DNA of 64,000 nt from Verrucomicrobiales bacterium. GTDB taxonomy: Bacteria; Verrucomicrobiota; Verrucomicrobiia; Verrucomicrobiales; SLCJ01. Below are positions 52,002 through 61,937 of the stretch, piece by piece. A model generated the notes under the pieces. It worked only from the letters and a program-made list of their open reading frames with translations, was not told the DNA's origin and made no database searches. The position numbers and the translations under genes were made by a program. Where the stretch lies: assembly GCA_046075565.1 (NCBI GenBank), contig JBJTQJ010000040.1, positions 25,487-89,486 on the forward strand, given 5' to 3'. Position 1 is the first letter of the stretch, and every line of letters starts with the position of its first letter.

Positions 52002-52754
52002 TTAGAAGTTGATGCCGGCTAAGACACGAAGTTGGCTTTCCGGCTCACCATCGACATCCGTGACCTCAAAGAGGCAGGCCGCCGTGGCGAAGAATTGATC
52101 TTTGCGGTAGGAAACATTCGGGCCAACGCTGAAGATGTGGTCGCCAGCATCTTCCCAATCCTCGAACTCGACTTCGTGCAGAGCTTCGATGCCCACCAGA
52201 AAACTCGGGTTGATTTGATAGCTCAAGCCAAAGGAGTTTTCCCACACGCCCACCTTTTCATCCAGGCTGGAGAGGCTTTCCCCTTCCCATTCGGCTTCGA
52301 CGATGAAGTTGTAGATGGCAACCAACGGACCGAAGTTTTTCTGGAGAAGAAATTTCCCCTCCAGAGCAACTTTCTCGTCTCCGACAAGAAACTCACCATA
52401 CAGGGCACTGCCGAAGGCCGCCTTGTTCGGGTCGGTCAGTTGGTAGATGAACTCGACGCCACTCGACTTCTAATCGGTCTCGGAACCTTCGCCGTCGATG
52501 TCCTCATAACGCCAATCAGCGAGGTAGAGGCCCATTTGCAGGCGCTCGGTGATTCCGTATTCGAATTCGTGGCGGAAGTCGAAACGGTCCTTGTTGTCAT
52601 AATGCTTCCAGGTCGCCCACTGCTCGTATTCCCACATCCCGGCCGGGATAGTGGTGGTTTCGTAATTATAAACGAAGCGGCGTTCATGGGCGCTGGCTTG
52701 CGGGGCGAGGGCGGCAGCGCAAAAAGCGGCCACCAATAGGATGGATGATTTCAT
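52002..52754 (-). pseudogene. Probable outer-membrane beta-barrel protein (DUF6662-like) with in-frame TAG at 52470-52472
   Basis: Signal peptide; ...GSETD*KSSGVEFIYQL... continues in frame to C-terminal VLAGINF. Confidence 0.75.
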
Positions 52755-52782
52755 GGTGTTGAAGGATGGAAGCCGGACGCTA

Positions 52783-52799
52783 TTGCGACACGGTCTCGA
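52783..52799. promoter_or_regulatory. Putative operator TTGCGAC-ACG-GTCTCGA
   Basis: Resembles the feoA upstream palindrome. Confidence 0.35.
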
Positions 52800-52949
52800 A
52801 AGCAATAGGAAATCTCTCGATGGGTTCAAAACCAAGCGGGGCGGACAGCCGGGCCCGGGAAGCGAGGATGCGCTACGCCGCCCCGATGGGAAGGCGCAAG
52901 TCGCAGGAGGACACGGGGGTGACCAATTCCGGGCAACCTCGAAAAAGTC

Positions 52950-53732
52950 TCAGGGGTGCCGCAGGGCGCGCACGGCCGAGGGCACATCGTCGCTACGCAT
53001 GAGGGTCTCGCCAACGAGCAAGGCGCGGGCTCCGGCATCGCGGGCAAAGCGGGCGTCTGCGGGAGTGCGGATGCCGCTTTCGCTGACAAGCAGGTGTTTT
53101 TCTCCGGTCATCTTGGCCAGACGCGCGGTGGTTTCGAGGTCGGTCTGGAAGGTGCGGAGGTTGCGGTTGTTGATACCGATGAGGGTGGCCTCGGTTGCGA
53201 GGGCGCGTTCCATTTCCTCCTCGTCGTGCACTTCGACGAGGACGTCGAGTCCGAGGGTGGTGGCCACCTCGAGAAATCGCCGCAATTCGTCCTGCGGCAG
53301 GGCGGCGACGATGAGCAGGATGGCATCGGCCCCCATGGCGGCGGATTCGTAAATCTGGGCCTCGTGCACGGTGAAATCCTTGCGGAGCACGGGCACTTGC
53401 ACTTTGGAGCGGATGCGCACGAGGTAGTCGAGTTTGCCGGAGAAGAACTTTTCGTCGGTGAGCACGGAGATGGCACTGGCTCCCGATTCGGCGTAAGTGA
53501 TAGCCTGGGCAATGGGGTCGACTTCCGCATTGATGATGCCAGCGGAGGGTGAGGCTTTTTTCACTTCCGCGATGAGGCCCAGCCCTCCATCGAGGGCGTG
53601 CTGGGCGAGTATCCCCGCCATGGGGCGGATACCGGTTCGTTCGGCGGCGGCCGCCTTCAGGCGGGCGAGTTTCGCAACCACGGGAGCGATTTCCTGACGC
53701 TTGTGGGCAAGGATTTCCTGGAGTTTGTCCAT
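52950..53732 (-). CDS. trpC: Indole-3-glycerol phosphate synthase
   Basis: IAEVKKASPSAG, LRKDF, GINNRNL, VSESGI. Confidence 0.96.
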   Translation of the reverse strand: MDKLQEILAHKRQEIAPVVAKLARLKAAAAERTGIRPMAGILAQHALDGGLGLIAEVKKASPSAGIINAEVDPIAQAITYAESGASAISVLTDEKFFSGKLDYLVRIRSKVQVPVLRKDFTVHEAQIYESAAMGADAILLIVAALPQDELRRFLEVATTLGLDVLVEVHDEEEMERALATEATLIGINNRNLRTFQTDLETTARLAKMTGEKHLLVSESGIRTPADARFARDAGARALLVGETLMRSDDVPSAVRALRHP

Positions 53733-53834
53733 CAGCCCGGAACCATCGCCTTTCCCGGGGCGGAGTCCACGAAAATCCCTAAATTTTTCATTGCGCGGCA
53801 GCGGGAAACGTGTATTTGTTCCCTCCCGTGTCAT

Positions 53835-53909
53835 GCGGGTGTAGCTCAGTGGTAGAGCGCCACCTTGCCAAGGTGGATGTCGTGAGTTCGAATCTCATCA
53901 CCCGCTCCA
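53835..53909 (+). tRNA. tRNA-Gly (GCC)
   Basis: GCGGGTG/CACCCGC acceptor stem, CCACC-TTGCCAA-GGTGG anticodon arm, GTTCGAA T-loop, encoded CCA. Confidence 0.97.
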
Positions 53910-54032
53910 GTATTGCTTCGGATACTGGTTTACCCCCAACCCTTGGACGGTTATGCCAAGGTTGTTCCATGCTGTTTTCGTCGCCGACAATCCGGGACTC
54001 TTTTGACACAACAAAAGTGAATTTGGCCAATC

Positions 54033-54383
54033 TCAGCGTCGGCGACGCAGGACAAATGCGCCCACGGCCAGTCCGAGCAGCAAAGCTGAACCAGGTTCGG
54101 GGACGCGCGTCAGGCTGGCGGCGGCGGATCCGGCGGGCAGGAACGCGGGGGAAGGCTGGATAGTGATTTCGCGCGCGACCGGTGTGGCGTCCACCTGCAT
54201 CTGGACGGGTTCCACGGCGACGACTCTTTGGGGAGTAAGATATCCCACCCAACCTAAGCCAGCCACGGTCATGGCATCTCCCCGGCCATCCTGGGGCACA
54301 CCTGAATAATCAATGCCAGAAGCCTCGGTCGGCGTGACCAAACTTTCAAAAAGGACCATCGCGACGGCGATAATTCTTAGCAT
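54033..54383 (-). CDS. Small PEP-CTERM sorting domain protein
   Basis: Signal peptide; C-terminal VPEPGSALLLGLAVGAFVLRRRR. Confidence 0.85.
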   Translation of the reverse strand: MLRIIAVAMVLFESLVTPTEASGIDYSGVPQDGRGDAMTVAGLGWVGYLTPQRVVAVEPVQMQVDATPVAREITIQPSPAFLPAGSAAASLTRVPEPGSALLLGLAVGAFVLRRRR

Positions 54384-54606
54384 GGTGTCAACTTTTTGCT
54401 CCTGAAAATAGATATTTATTCTAAAAAATACAGCATTTCAAGGTATCATGTCTAAAAAAATCTGATAATTGTATCAAATTTTGCAAAAAAGCAAAAAAGA
54501 CTGCCCGGTTTACTAGGGTTGCCCATTTGCGTTGTGGAAATTATATGCGGTCCGAGCACGATTTTTCTTCCGGAAAGGCGGGAGGTCTGGCAAGATGAGC
54601 GCCACT

Positions 54607-55011
54607 ATGAAAGCTCCATTTCTCATTACCGCTGTTGTTGGATTAAGCCTTGCCGCTTGCGGCAGCAAAGTCGAAGAAGCCAAAGAAAAGGCAAAAACCG
54701 AAGCTGCCGAAGCCCAGAAGTCCGCCGAAAAAGCGGCCGAAAAGGCGAAAGAGTCAGTAAAGGAAGCGACCGACAAAGTGAACGAAGCCGCAGGTAAAGT
54801 CAAAGAGGCGGCGGGTGAAGCCGCCGCCGTTGCCGCCGACAAAGCCAAGGAAGCAGCCACCGCTGTCGAAGGTGCGGCCAAAGAAGCGGCCACGGCCGCC
54901 GGGCAGAAAATCGAGGATGCCGCGGAGAAACTCACCGAAAAGGTCGGTGGAGAATCCGCCGATGGAGGTGGCTCGGCTGAAGAAGAGGGAGAGACACCGG
55001 GTCAGCCTTAA
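54607..55011 (+). CDS. Ala/Lys/Glu-rich low-complexity lipoprotein
   Basis: Lipobox LAAC; repetitive amphipathic helix. Confidence 0.8.
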   Translation: MKAPFLITAVVGLSLAACGSKVEEAKEKAKTEAAEAQKSAEKAAEKAKESVKEATDKVNEAAGKVKEAAGEAAAVAADKAKEAATAVEGAAKEAATAAGQKIEDAAEKLTEKVGGESADGGGSAEEEGETPGQP

Positions 55012-55037
55012 CCTGAAAAGGCGGACGTTTCGATTCC

Positions 55038-55085
55038 AAAACCGTCGGCGGAGGGAAGATTCTCCCCTCTGACCGGCGGTGTTTT
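55038..55085. terminator. Probable bidirectional terminator between convergent genes
   Basis: Long imperfect GC stem flanked by AAAA and TTTT. Confidence 0.55.
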
Positions 55086-55866
55086 ATTTTATCTTGGGCA
55101 GGGGCGTCCCTTGGGGTAGAAGGCGGCGGGCCGAGTGGGCAGGCAATCCGATTTCAAGAATGGCTTTGGCGGCTTCGATCTGCGGGTAAGGGGTTCGCTT
55201 CAACTCGACGATACGCGTTTCGGAATCCCAAATCACCCAGGAAGCATTGGTATCGCCATCACGGGGTTGACCGACCGAGCCAACGGTTAGCGCGCATCGA
55301 CCGTCGGCGGGTATTTCGATACGGGTGCGATCAACCCACTTGGGCCGGGCCGGGCGGGATTTGTCAAAAAAGAGGCGGGTCAGGTGGGAGTGGCCGAAGA
55401 AACCGATGGGTTCGTCGAGGGCCGCTAGTGTTGGGGTAGCGACCCCTGCATCGGTGAGATAGGGCCAGTTTTCCATATCGTGGAGCGCGGCATGTGCCAG
55501 CACTGCACCCGGGAGTCGGAGCAGCATGGGCAGATTGCGCAGCCAGTCCATTCGCGGGGTGCCCCGGACTTCCCGGATGGAGTGTGCGATGCCCATCCAG
55601 ACCGGGTTGTTGGCGATTTCGGGATCGGTCTCCAGGGTGTTGAGCTGGGCTTCGAGTTTGCCTACGTAGAGGTCGTGGTTTCCCAGCACGCAGGGCGCTC
55701 CGGTGGCGACGACCCGATCGACACAAGCGCCAGGGAAGGCCCCGTAGCCCACGGTATCGCCGCCGAAAGCCATGCTGTCCACGCCGCAAGCCTCCACATC
55801 TTCCAGCACCGCTTCCAGCGCGTGCAGATTGGAGTGAATGTCGGATAAAATGGCGATGCGCGGCAT
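55084..55866 (-). CDS. Metallophosphoesterase family protein
   Basis: SDIHSN, GDTVGYG, GNHD, GHSH, GSVGQPRDG. Confidence 0.92.
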   Translation of the reverse strand: MPRIAILSDIHSNLHALEAVLEDVEACGVDSMAFGGDTVGYGAFPGACVDRVVATGAPCVLGNHDLYVGKLEAQLNTLETDPEIANNPVWMGIAHSIREVRGTPRMDWLRNLPMLLRLPGAVLAHAALHDMENWPYLTDAGVATPTLAALDEPIGFFGHSHLTRLFFDKSRPARPKWVDRTRIEIPADGRCALTVGSVGQPRDGDTNASWVIWDSETRIVELKRTPYPQIEAAKAILEIGLPAHSARRLLPQGTPLPKIK

Positions 55867-55990
55867 GGGCAAAAGACGATCCGACATCTTGGCCCGTTCC
55901 CCGCCGTCCCGCAAGTGACGGGTCATTCCTCGGAGAAGAAAGAAGCTCGCGGGGGTTGCGGTTGGCGTAGAGTCAGGCAGCTTTAACACG

Positions 55991-56818
55991 ATGAAAACGC
56001 ACGCTTGGCATTCCGTCCGCTCATTCGAGGATATCCGCTATGAAAAATCACCCGATGGGGCCATTGCGAAGATCACGATCAACCGCCCGGAGGTGCGGAA
56101 TGCGTTCCGCCCGCTCACCGTTTCCGAGCTTCTGCAGGCCTTCGATTTGGCACATGAGGATCCGGATGTCGGGGTGATCATCCTAACCGGCGAAGGACCG
56201 CTGGCTTTTTGCTCGGGCGGGGATCAGAAGGTGCGTGGTCATGCCGGTTATGTCGGAAGTGACGGCGTGCCGAGACTCAACGTGTTGGATTTGCAGAAAA
56301 AGATCCGTTCGTTGCCGAAGCCGGTCGTGGCCATGGTGGCGGGTTACGCCATCGGTGGCGGGCATGTGCTCCATGTCGTTTGCGACCTGACCATCGCCGC
56401 GGAAAACGCCCGCTTCGGCCAGACCGGCCCGAAGGTGGGAAGCTTCGATGGCGGCCTCGGCTCCAGCTACCTTGCCCGCATCGTCGGCCAGAAAAAAGCC
56501 CGAGAGATTTGGTATCTATGCCGACAATATGACGCCCGGCAGGCTTTGGAAATGGGGCTCGTGAACACGGTCGTGCCACTTGAAGATCTCGAAACAGAGA
56601 CGGTCAAATGGTGCCGCGAAATGCTGGCCCATTCACCGCTCGCCCTCCGCTGCCTCAAGTCCGCGCTCAATGCCGATTGCGACGGCCAGATGGGCCTGCT
56701 CGACCTCGCTGGCAATGCCACTTTGCTCTACTACATGTCCGAAGAAGCCAAGGAAGGCAAACAGGCCTTCATTGAGAAACGCGCTCCCGACTTCAAAAAA
56801 TTCCCCCGTGTGCCGTGA
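55991..56818 (+). CDS. menB: 1,4-dihydroxy-2-naphthoyl-CoA synthase
   Basis: [31 protein letters not shown]. Confidence 0.97.
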   Translation: MKTHAWHSVRSFEDIRYEKSPDGAIAKITINRPEVRNAFRPLTVSELLQAFDLAHEDPDVGVIILTGEGPLAFCSGGDQKVRGHAGYVGSDGVPRLNVLDLQKKIRSLPKPVVAMVAGYAIGGGHVLHVVCDLTIAAENARFGQTGPKVGSFDGGLGSSYLARIVGQKKAREIWYLCRQYDARQALEMGLVNTVVPLEDLETETVKWCREMLAHSPLALRCLKSALNADCDGQMGLLDLAGNATLLYYMSEEAKEGKQAFIEKRAPDFKKFPRVP

Positions 56819-56836
56819 GGCCGGGGCAGACTAGCG

Positions 56837-57637
56837 TCATCCTAACTCGAGCGCGTCGTAACGGAATCGCTCGACAGCCACCGCGCGCCCGGTTTCCGTT
56901 TCGATTTCGGCAATGACCCCACACAGGGCAACCGGTCCGGAAGCCACGGGAAAACGACAGGGCAAGGAAGTCTTGAATCGTTCGACCACCGGTTCCCATT
57001 GGCGACCGAGCACGGAGTCGATCGGTCCGCACATGCCGGCGTCGGTCAGATAGGCCGTGCCCATGGGCAGCAAACGTTCATCTGCGGTTTGCACATGCGT
57101 GTGGGTGCCAACAACCAGGGAAGCCTTGCCATCGAGGTGCCAGCCCATGGCGATTTTTTCCGAGGTCGCTTCGGCGTGGAAGTCCACGACAATGATCTTC
57201 ACTCCATCGCCGTGCAGACGGGCGATTTCCGCTTCGACCAAAAGAAATGGATTCTCCGTCGCCGGTTGGACGAAGGTGCGCCCCAGGACATTGATCACGG
57301 CCACGGGCCCGTGATCGGTGGGCAGCACCACACTCCCGCTCCCCGGCGTGCCGGGAGGAAAATTGATCGGGCGCAGGAGGCGCGGCTCGGTCGGAAAATG
57401 CGGAATGATCTCCTGCTGGTCCCAGACATGATCGCCGGTCGTGATGACCGCCGCGCCGGCGCGGAGCAAATCGATGCATATCTTCGGGGTGATTCCTTTG
57501 CCGGCGGCGGCATTTTCCCCATTCACGATGACAAAATCGACCCGGTTTTCCTCCCGCAGGCGTTTCAGATGGGTAAGCACGGCCTTGCGACCGGGTTCAC
57601 CGACCACGTCGCCGAGAAAAAGAATTCGCATCGTCAT
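56837..57637 (-). CDS. YmdB/TIGR00282 family metallophosphoesterase
   Basis: GDVVG, NGEN, DFHAEATSEK, GTHTHVQTADE. Confidence 0.94.
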   Translation of the reverse strand: MTMRILFLGDVVGEPGRKAVLTHLKRLREENRVDFVIVNGENAAAGKGITPKICIDLLRAGAAVITTGDHVWDQQEIIPHFPTEPRLLRPINFPPGTPGSGSVVLPTDHGPVAVINVLGRTFVQPATENPFLLVEAEIARLHGDGVKIIVVDFHAEATSEKIAMGWHLDGKASLVVGTHTHVQTADERLLPMGTAYLTDAGMCGPIDSVLGRQWEPVVERFKTSLPCRFPVASGPVALCGVIAEIETETGRAVAVERFRYDALELG

Positions 57638-57676
57638 GCCGTAATGGTGGCACTATCCGATCTGATTTTCCAATTC

Positions 57677-58948
57677 ATGTTCCCCCGCATCCATCTGGCC
57701 GCCTTTTTCCTCGCCGTCGCCGCCCCGCTTTCCGCCGCCGAGCCGCCCACGTGGTCGCTCGAATTTTCCCCGCATCTGGCCACGCTTGGTGTCGCCCCCG
57801 ACTGGTCGCGGCTCGATCCGTGGCAGGAATCCATGACCCGGGAGGAATTCACGCGCCTGCTCGACGAACGCTATGCCCATGCGCCCGGCGAGTGGAAGCC
57901 GTGGATTGATATCACCGACACCCACGCGGCCATAGTGAAAGAAAACGCGAAACCGCAAGAGAAATACCTGCTGCGTTTCGCGGCGGCGGCCCCCGCCAAG
58001 CCACCCAAACGTTACTGGCGCACGCCTGCCGAGCTGCCGCCTGCGGCCGATTCTGCCAAACCGCTGGCTGGTTACCGCATCGCCTTGGACCCAGGCCACA
58101 TTGGCGGGGAGTGGGCCCGGCTCGAAGAAAGATTTTTCCAAATTGGTTCCAACACTCCGGTGCAGGAAGGCGACATGGTGTTGCTGGTGGCACGATTGCT
58201 CAAAGCCCGTCTGGAGGCCCTCGGGGCCGAGGTGTCGCTCATCCGCGCGAAGGCCGAACCGGTCACCCGACTCCGCCCCGCCAATGTCGATGCTTACACT
58301 AGGAAAATGCTCGCCGCTTCAGGATGGACGACGGAGATCCCGGTGGAAGTTTTCGAAAAGGCGCGCAACCGCGTATTCGCCGTCAATGCCGAGATCCGCG
58401 CCCGCGCCGCCTTGGTCAACCACAAGCTCAAACCCGATCTCGTGCTCGCGTTGCATTTCAACGGTGAACCGTGGGGCTCACCCGACAGTCCGGTTTTCTC
58501 CGACAAGAACCACCACCATGTGCTGGTCTATGGGAGTGTCGAATCATGGGAATGGGCGCAGGACGATGTCCGCTTCGAAACCATGATCAAACTCCTGCAA
58601 CGGACCCACGAAGTCGAAACCGGACTTGGAACAGTAAGCGCTGTCTCCCTCGCCAAAGCGACCGGACTGCCCGCCTTCACCTACAAGGGCGACAACGCCC
58701 GGCCGGCCGATGACACCGGCTATGTCTGGGCGCGCAACCTTCTAGCCAGCCGCATCTACCAATGCCCGGTTGTCTATCTGGAACCGCATGTGATGAACCA
58801 CAAACTAACATACCAACGGATCCAAGCCGGCCCCTACGCCGGCAAACGGGAAATCGACGGTATCGAACGACCGAACATCTTCGTCGAATATGCCGACGCG
58901 ACCACCGCAGCGGTCGAGCAGTGGTTCAAATCAGCAGCGAAGCGTTGA
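57677..58948 (+). CDS. Secreted N-acetylmuramoyl-L-alanine amidase (Amidase_3-like)
   Basis: Signal peptide; IALDPGH, EGD, LALHFN, VYLE. Confidence 0.75.
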   Translation: MFPRIHLAAFFLAVAAPLSAAEPPTWSLEFSPHLATLGVAPDWSRLDPWQESMTREEFTRLLDERYAHAPGEWKPWIDITDTHAAIVKENAKPQEKYLLRFAAAAPAKPPKRYWRTPAELPPAADSAKPLAGYRIALDPGHIGGEWARLEERFFQIGSNTPVQEGDMVLLVARLLKARLEALGAEVSLIRAKAEPVTRLRPANVDAYTRKMLAASGWTTEIPVEVFEKARNRVFAVNAEIRARAALVNHKLKPDLVLALHFNGEPWGSPDSPVFSDKNHHHVLVYGSVESWEWAQDDVRFETMIKLLQRTHEVETGLGTVSAVSLAKATGLPAFTYKGDNARPADDTGYVWARNLLASRIYQCPVVYLEPHVMNHKLTYQRIQAGPYAGKREIDGIERPNIFVEYADATTAAVEQWFKSAAKR

Positions 58949-59008
58949 CTTCCCGCGCCATCGACGCCATTCTCCGCCATCGCTTCCGCGACAGCGTCGT
59001 TCGGTTTC

Positions 59009-60607
59009 ATGAACTCCGGCACCGCCCATCAACCCCGCTTTTTGCATCGCCTTCCCCTGGACGCGGCTGTAGTATCGCTTTTTCTTGCCGCGGTCCTGCT
59101 CATTGAAACCATCGCAATTCTCGCCCTCAACAACGGGCGGTTCATTTACACCCTCGATGATCCCTATATCCATCTGGCGGTGGCGGAGAATCTCGCGCGG
59201 GCCGGGCATTACGGGGTGAACACGACTGAAGTTTCGTCCCCTTGTTCGAGTGCCCTCTGGCCGTTCTTGCTGGTGCCTTTCGCCGGCCTACCAATTTTTG
59301 AATTCGTGCCGCTTTTCCTCAACATCACGGCGGGATTCGCCACCGCCATTCTTGTGCTTGGGCGGGTGAGGAAATGGATCTCCGCGGAGAGGTCCGATCT
59401 AAAAGGACAGATTTTGAGAGCAGCGGTGGTCGGCGGTTTCCTGCTGGGAACGAACATCATCGGACTCGTCTTTACGGGCATGGAGCACAGCCTTCAGGTT
59501 CTCTTGGCCTTGATGGCGGTGGAGGGCATGCTCAGAATCACCGAGGGCAACCCGCCCGGCGTCTGGTTCGCGGCAGCTCTGATCCTTGGTCCTTGGATCC
59601 GATATGAGAACATGGCCATCACGGCACCCTCCTTGGCATTCTGTTTCCTGCTCGGTCACCGTCGTTTGACTTTCACCGCTGGGTTCACCCTCTGCGCCGG
59701 ATTGTTGCTATTTGGCTTCTATCTGACCCGGCTCGGCTTGGACCCGCTCCCCTCTTCCGTCGCCGCGAAATCCACCCTGGCGGGCGATTCCACCGCCATG
59801 GGCCTCCTGACAAATCTCAAGAACTCCCTCGAATTCGGCCGGGGCATGCTGGTCGCCATCGCCACCTCCCTGCTCGTCGGTTTCGGGCTGGCATGGCGCG
59901 GTCCAAAGCATTGGAGGTGGTTTTGCGTTTCCCTCGCCACCGCCGGATTCCTGCATCTCATCGCCGGTGCCTATGGCTGGCTGCACCGCTACGAAATCTA
60001 CATCCTCGCGGCATTGGCCCTGAGTTTGGCCTCGGTTGTCGCTGCCTTTCTCAATGTCTCCGGCTTTTCCCCTTCGCGGCGGCTCGGTTGGTTGGTATTG
60101 CCTTTGCTGCCGGTGATCGGATTTCCCTATTTAACAGGACTACTGAATCTCCCGCTGGCCGCCAATAACATTTACGAACAACAATTCCAGATGCATTGCT
60201 TCGCAACGAACCATTGGAAAAAACCAGTGGCGGTGAATGACCTCGGCTGGGTCGCTTTCCGCAACCCGGACCATGTGCTCGACCTCTGGGGACTCGCGTC
60301 CCCCGCCGCCCTGAAGGCGCGCTTGGCCGATGCGGATCCGGCATGGATGGAGGCCTTGGCAAACGATCAGAATGTGGAAGTGGTGATGATTTATCGCGAC
60401 TGGTTTCCAAAACTTCCGAAGGATTGGCGCGAAGTGGCCGTTCTCAGGCTCTCCCGAAAATCAATCATCTCCGGGCCGAAGGTAACCTTCTATGCGACCA
60501 AGCCGGAGTCCATCCCGGCCATCCAACGAAGCCTTCTTTCTTTCCAAAACGATCTGCCCCGCCCGGAGATGCTGGAGATCCTGGTCCATCGGCAGACGGA
60601 ACGTTGA
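59009..60607 (+). CDS. Polytopic membrane protein, probable GT-C glycosyltransferase
   Basis: DDPYIH after TM1, GME, many TM helices, DLGW...DLWGL. Confidence 0.7.
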   Translation: MNSGTAHQPRFLHRLPLDAAVVSLFLAAVLLIETIAILALNNGRFIYTLDDPYIHLAVAENLARAGHYGVNTTEVSSPCSSALWPFLLVPFAGLPIFEFVPLFLNITAGFATAILVLGRVRKWISAERSDLKGQILRAAVVGGFLLGTNIIGLVFTGMEHSLQVLLALMAVEGMLRITEGNPPGVWFAAALILGPWIRYENMAITAPSLAFCFLLGHRRLTFTAGFTLCAGLLLFGFYLTRLGLDPLPSSVAAKSTLAGDSTAMGLLTNLKNSLEFGRGMLVAIATSLLVGFGLAWRGPKHWRWFCVSLATAGFLHLIAGAYGWLHRYEIYILAALALSLASVVAAFLNVSGFSPSRRLGWLVLPLLPVIGFPYLTGLLNLPLAANNIYEQQFQMHCFATNHWKKPVAVNDLGWVAFRNPDHVLDLWGLASPAALKARLADADPAWMEALANDQNVEVVMIYRDWFPKLPKDWREVAVLRLSRKSIISGPKVTFYATKPESIPAIQRSLLSFQNDLPRPEMLEILVHRQTER

Positions 60608-60712
60608 TACGAACTTCCGAAATGAGAGCCAGTGATTTCCACCCGTCCGCAAAATTTTCTGTCACATCCGGCCCCGTTTGTGCCAATATCCGGGCAGCCC
60701 CCTGATCAAATC

Positions 60713-61030
60713 ATGAAACTATCCCCAACCCTCTTGAGAAACCTTACAATCACCGCCGGTATCGCCGCCACGCTTTCCACGGCCACCGCCGACGAAAAAG
60801 CGACGCCACCTGCTGGCGGCGCGGAGGCGAAACCCGCACCCAACGATGCCGTCTCACCCGAAGCCCAGGCCTTCTTCCTGCGCCACGACACGAACAAAGA
60901 TGGCAAACTCTCTCTGGAAGAATTCGACAAGGCCTTCGCGGAAATCCGGCAAGCGGCCAAGGTCGCGCCGAGACCGGCTCCGCAAGTGCTTCCTCCAGGA
61001 GACGGCTGCCCGGCCTGCGGCCTGGGATGA
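60713..61030 (+). CDS. Putative MNIO-class RiPP precursor: signal peptide, EF-hand, C-terminal CPACGLG
   Basis: 105 aa; EF loop DTNKDGKLSLEE; C-terminus resembles ChrA CPACGMG; directly upstream of DUF692. Confidence 0.85.
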   Translation: MKLSPTLLRNLTITAGIAATLSTATADEKATPPAGGAEAKPAPNDAVSPEAQAFFLRHDTNKDGKLSLEEFDKAFAEIRQAAKVAPRPAPQVLPPGDGCPACGLG

Positions 61031-61082
61031 GGAGATCCCTCTCCCCCGCGTTTGCCCAACCGCCTGCCTCTTTTCCTAAGTA

Positions 61083-61937
61083 ATGCCTCGCGTCGGCTTG
61101 TCCCTCATGCCGGAGACGGAGTTCCTCGAAGCAGCCCTGCCGCTTTTTGAGGAAGGTCTGGTCGATGCGGTGGAGTGGAGCTACGACACGGCTTGGGCCG
61201 ATGGAACACGCGAGTGGTTGTCCCATCTTATCGAGGAATACTCCGTGGCCGGGCGATTGACCGGACACGGAGTGCATTTTTCGTTGCTTTCCGCCGATTG
61301 GACCCCGCGCCAGCAGGGCTGGTTGGATCGATTCAAGGAAGAAATCCACCGGCACCACTACCTTCACCATACCGAACACTTCGGATTCATGACCGGAGGC
61401 GACTTCCACCGCGGAACGCCCCTTCCCGTCCCCCTCATCGAGAGCACCCTGAAGCTGGGACAAATGCGCTTCGCCCAGCTGGCCGCCATCGCGCCTTGCC
61501 CGATGGGTTTGGAAAATCTCGCCCTGGCCTTGAAAGTGGACGACGCATTACAGCACCACGAGTTCTTGGAAAAAATCCTCGCTCCCTCGGACGGCTTCCT
61601 CCTGCTCGACCTCCACAACATCTACTGCCAACTCTGCAACTTCGACCTCGCGCCCTCCGACCTGCTCGACAATTACCCGTTCCATCGGGTCCGGGAAATC
61701 CACCTCAGCGGAGGGTCGTGGCAATCGACCGGAACAAGCGGCAGGGTCTTGCGGCGCGATACCCACGACGACGACGTGCCGTCCGCTGTTTTCGCATTGC
61801 TGGAATTTGTCCTGCCGCGCTGCCCGAACCTCCAGGTCGTTTTTCTCGAGCGCCTTGGCCACACGCTCCAACCGGAAAGCCACACGGGCTTCCGGCGCGA
61901 TTTTCAAACCATCCGCTCCATTGTCGGCCATGGCTGA
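61083..61937 (+). CDS. DUF692 / multinuclear non-heme iron oxidative enzyme (ChrH-like)
   Basis: HGVHFSL, TEHFGF, GLENL, LLLDLHNIY, EIHLSGG, DTHD, FLER. Confidence 0.9.
   Translation: MPRVGLSLMPETEFLEAALPLFEEGLVDAVEWSYDTAWADGTREWLSHLIEEYSVAGRLTGHGVHFSLLSADWTPRQQGWLDRFKEEIHRHHYLHHTEHFGFMTGGDFHRGTPLPVPLIESTLKLGQMRFAQLAAIAPCPMGLENLALALKVDDALQHHEFLEKILAPSDGFLLLDLHNIYCQLCNFDLAPSDLLDNYPFHRVREIHLSGGSWQSTGTSGRVLRRDTHDDDVPSAVFALLEFVLPRCPNLQVVFLERLGHTLQPESHTGFRRDFQTIRSIVGHG

Noticed and set aside
18611-52472. Genome-wide TAG or TGA reassignment as the explanation for in-frame stops
   Set aside because: Both codon types are involved. TGA ends well-conserved genes (glnS, trpB, menB), and TAG ends plausible C-termini (40460, 51620).
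53788-54252. Minus-strand ORF containing RVMRFELTTSTLARWRSTTELHP
   Set aside because: Antisense shadow of tRNA-Gly
56999-57676. N-terminal extension of the 649-aa amidase ORF
   Set aside because: Antisense to the YmdB-family gene; the signal peptide begins at 57677
59009-60607. GT-C-like membrane protein as a member of the MNIO cluster
   Set aside because: Co-oriented but about 105 bp away, with no sequence evidence of a link; would need synteny support
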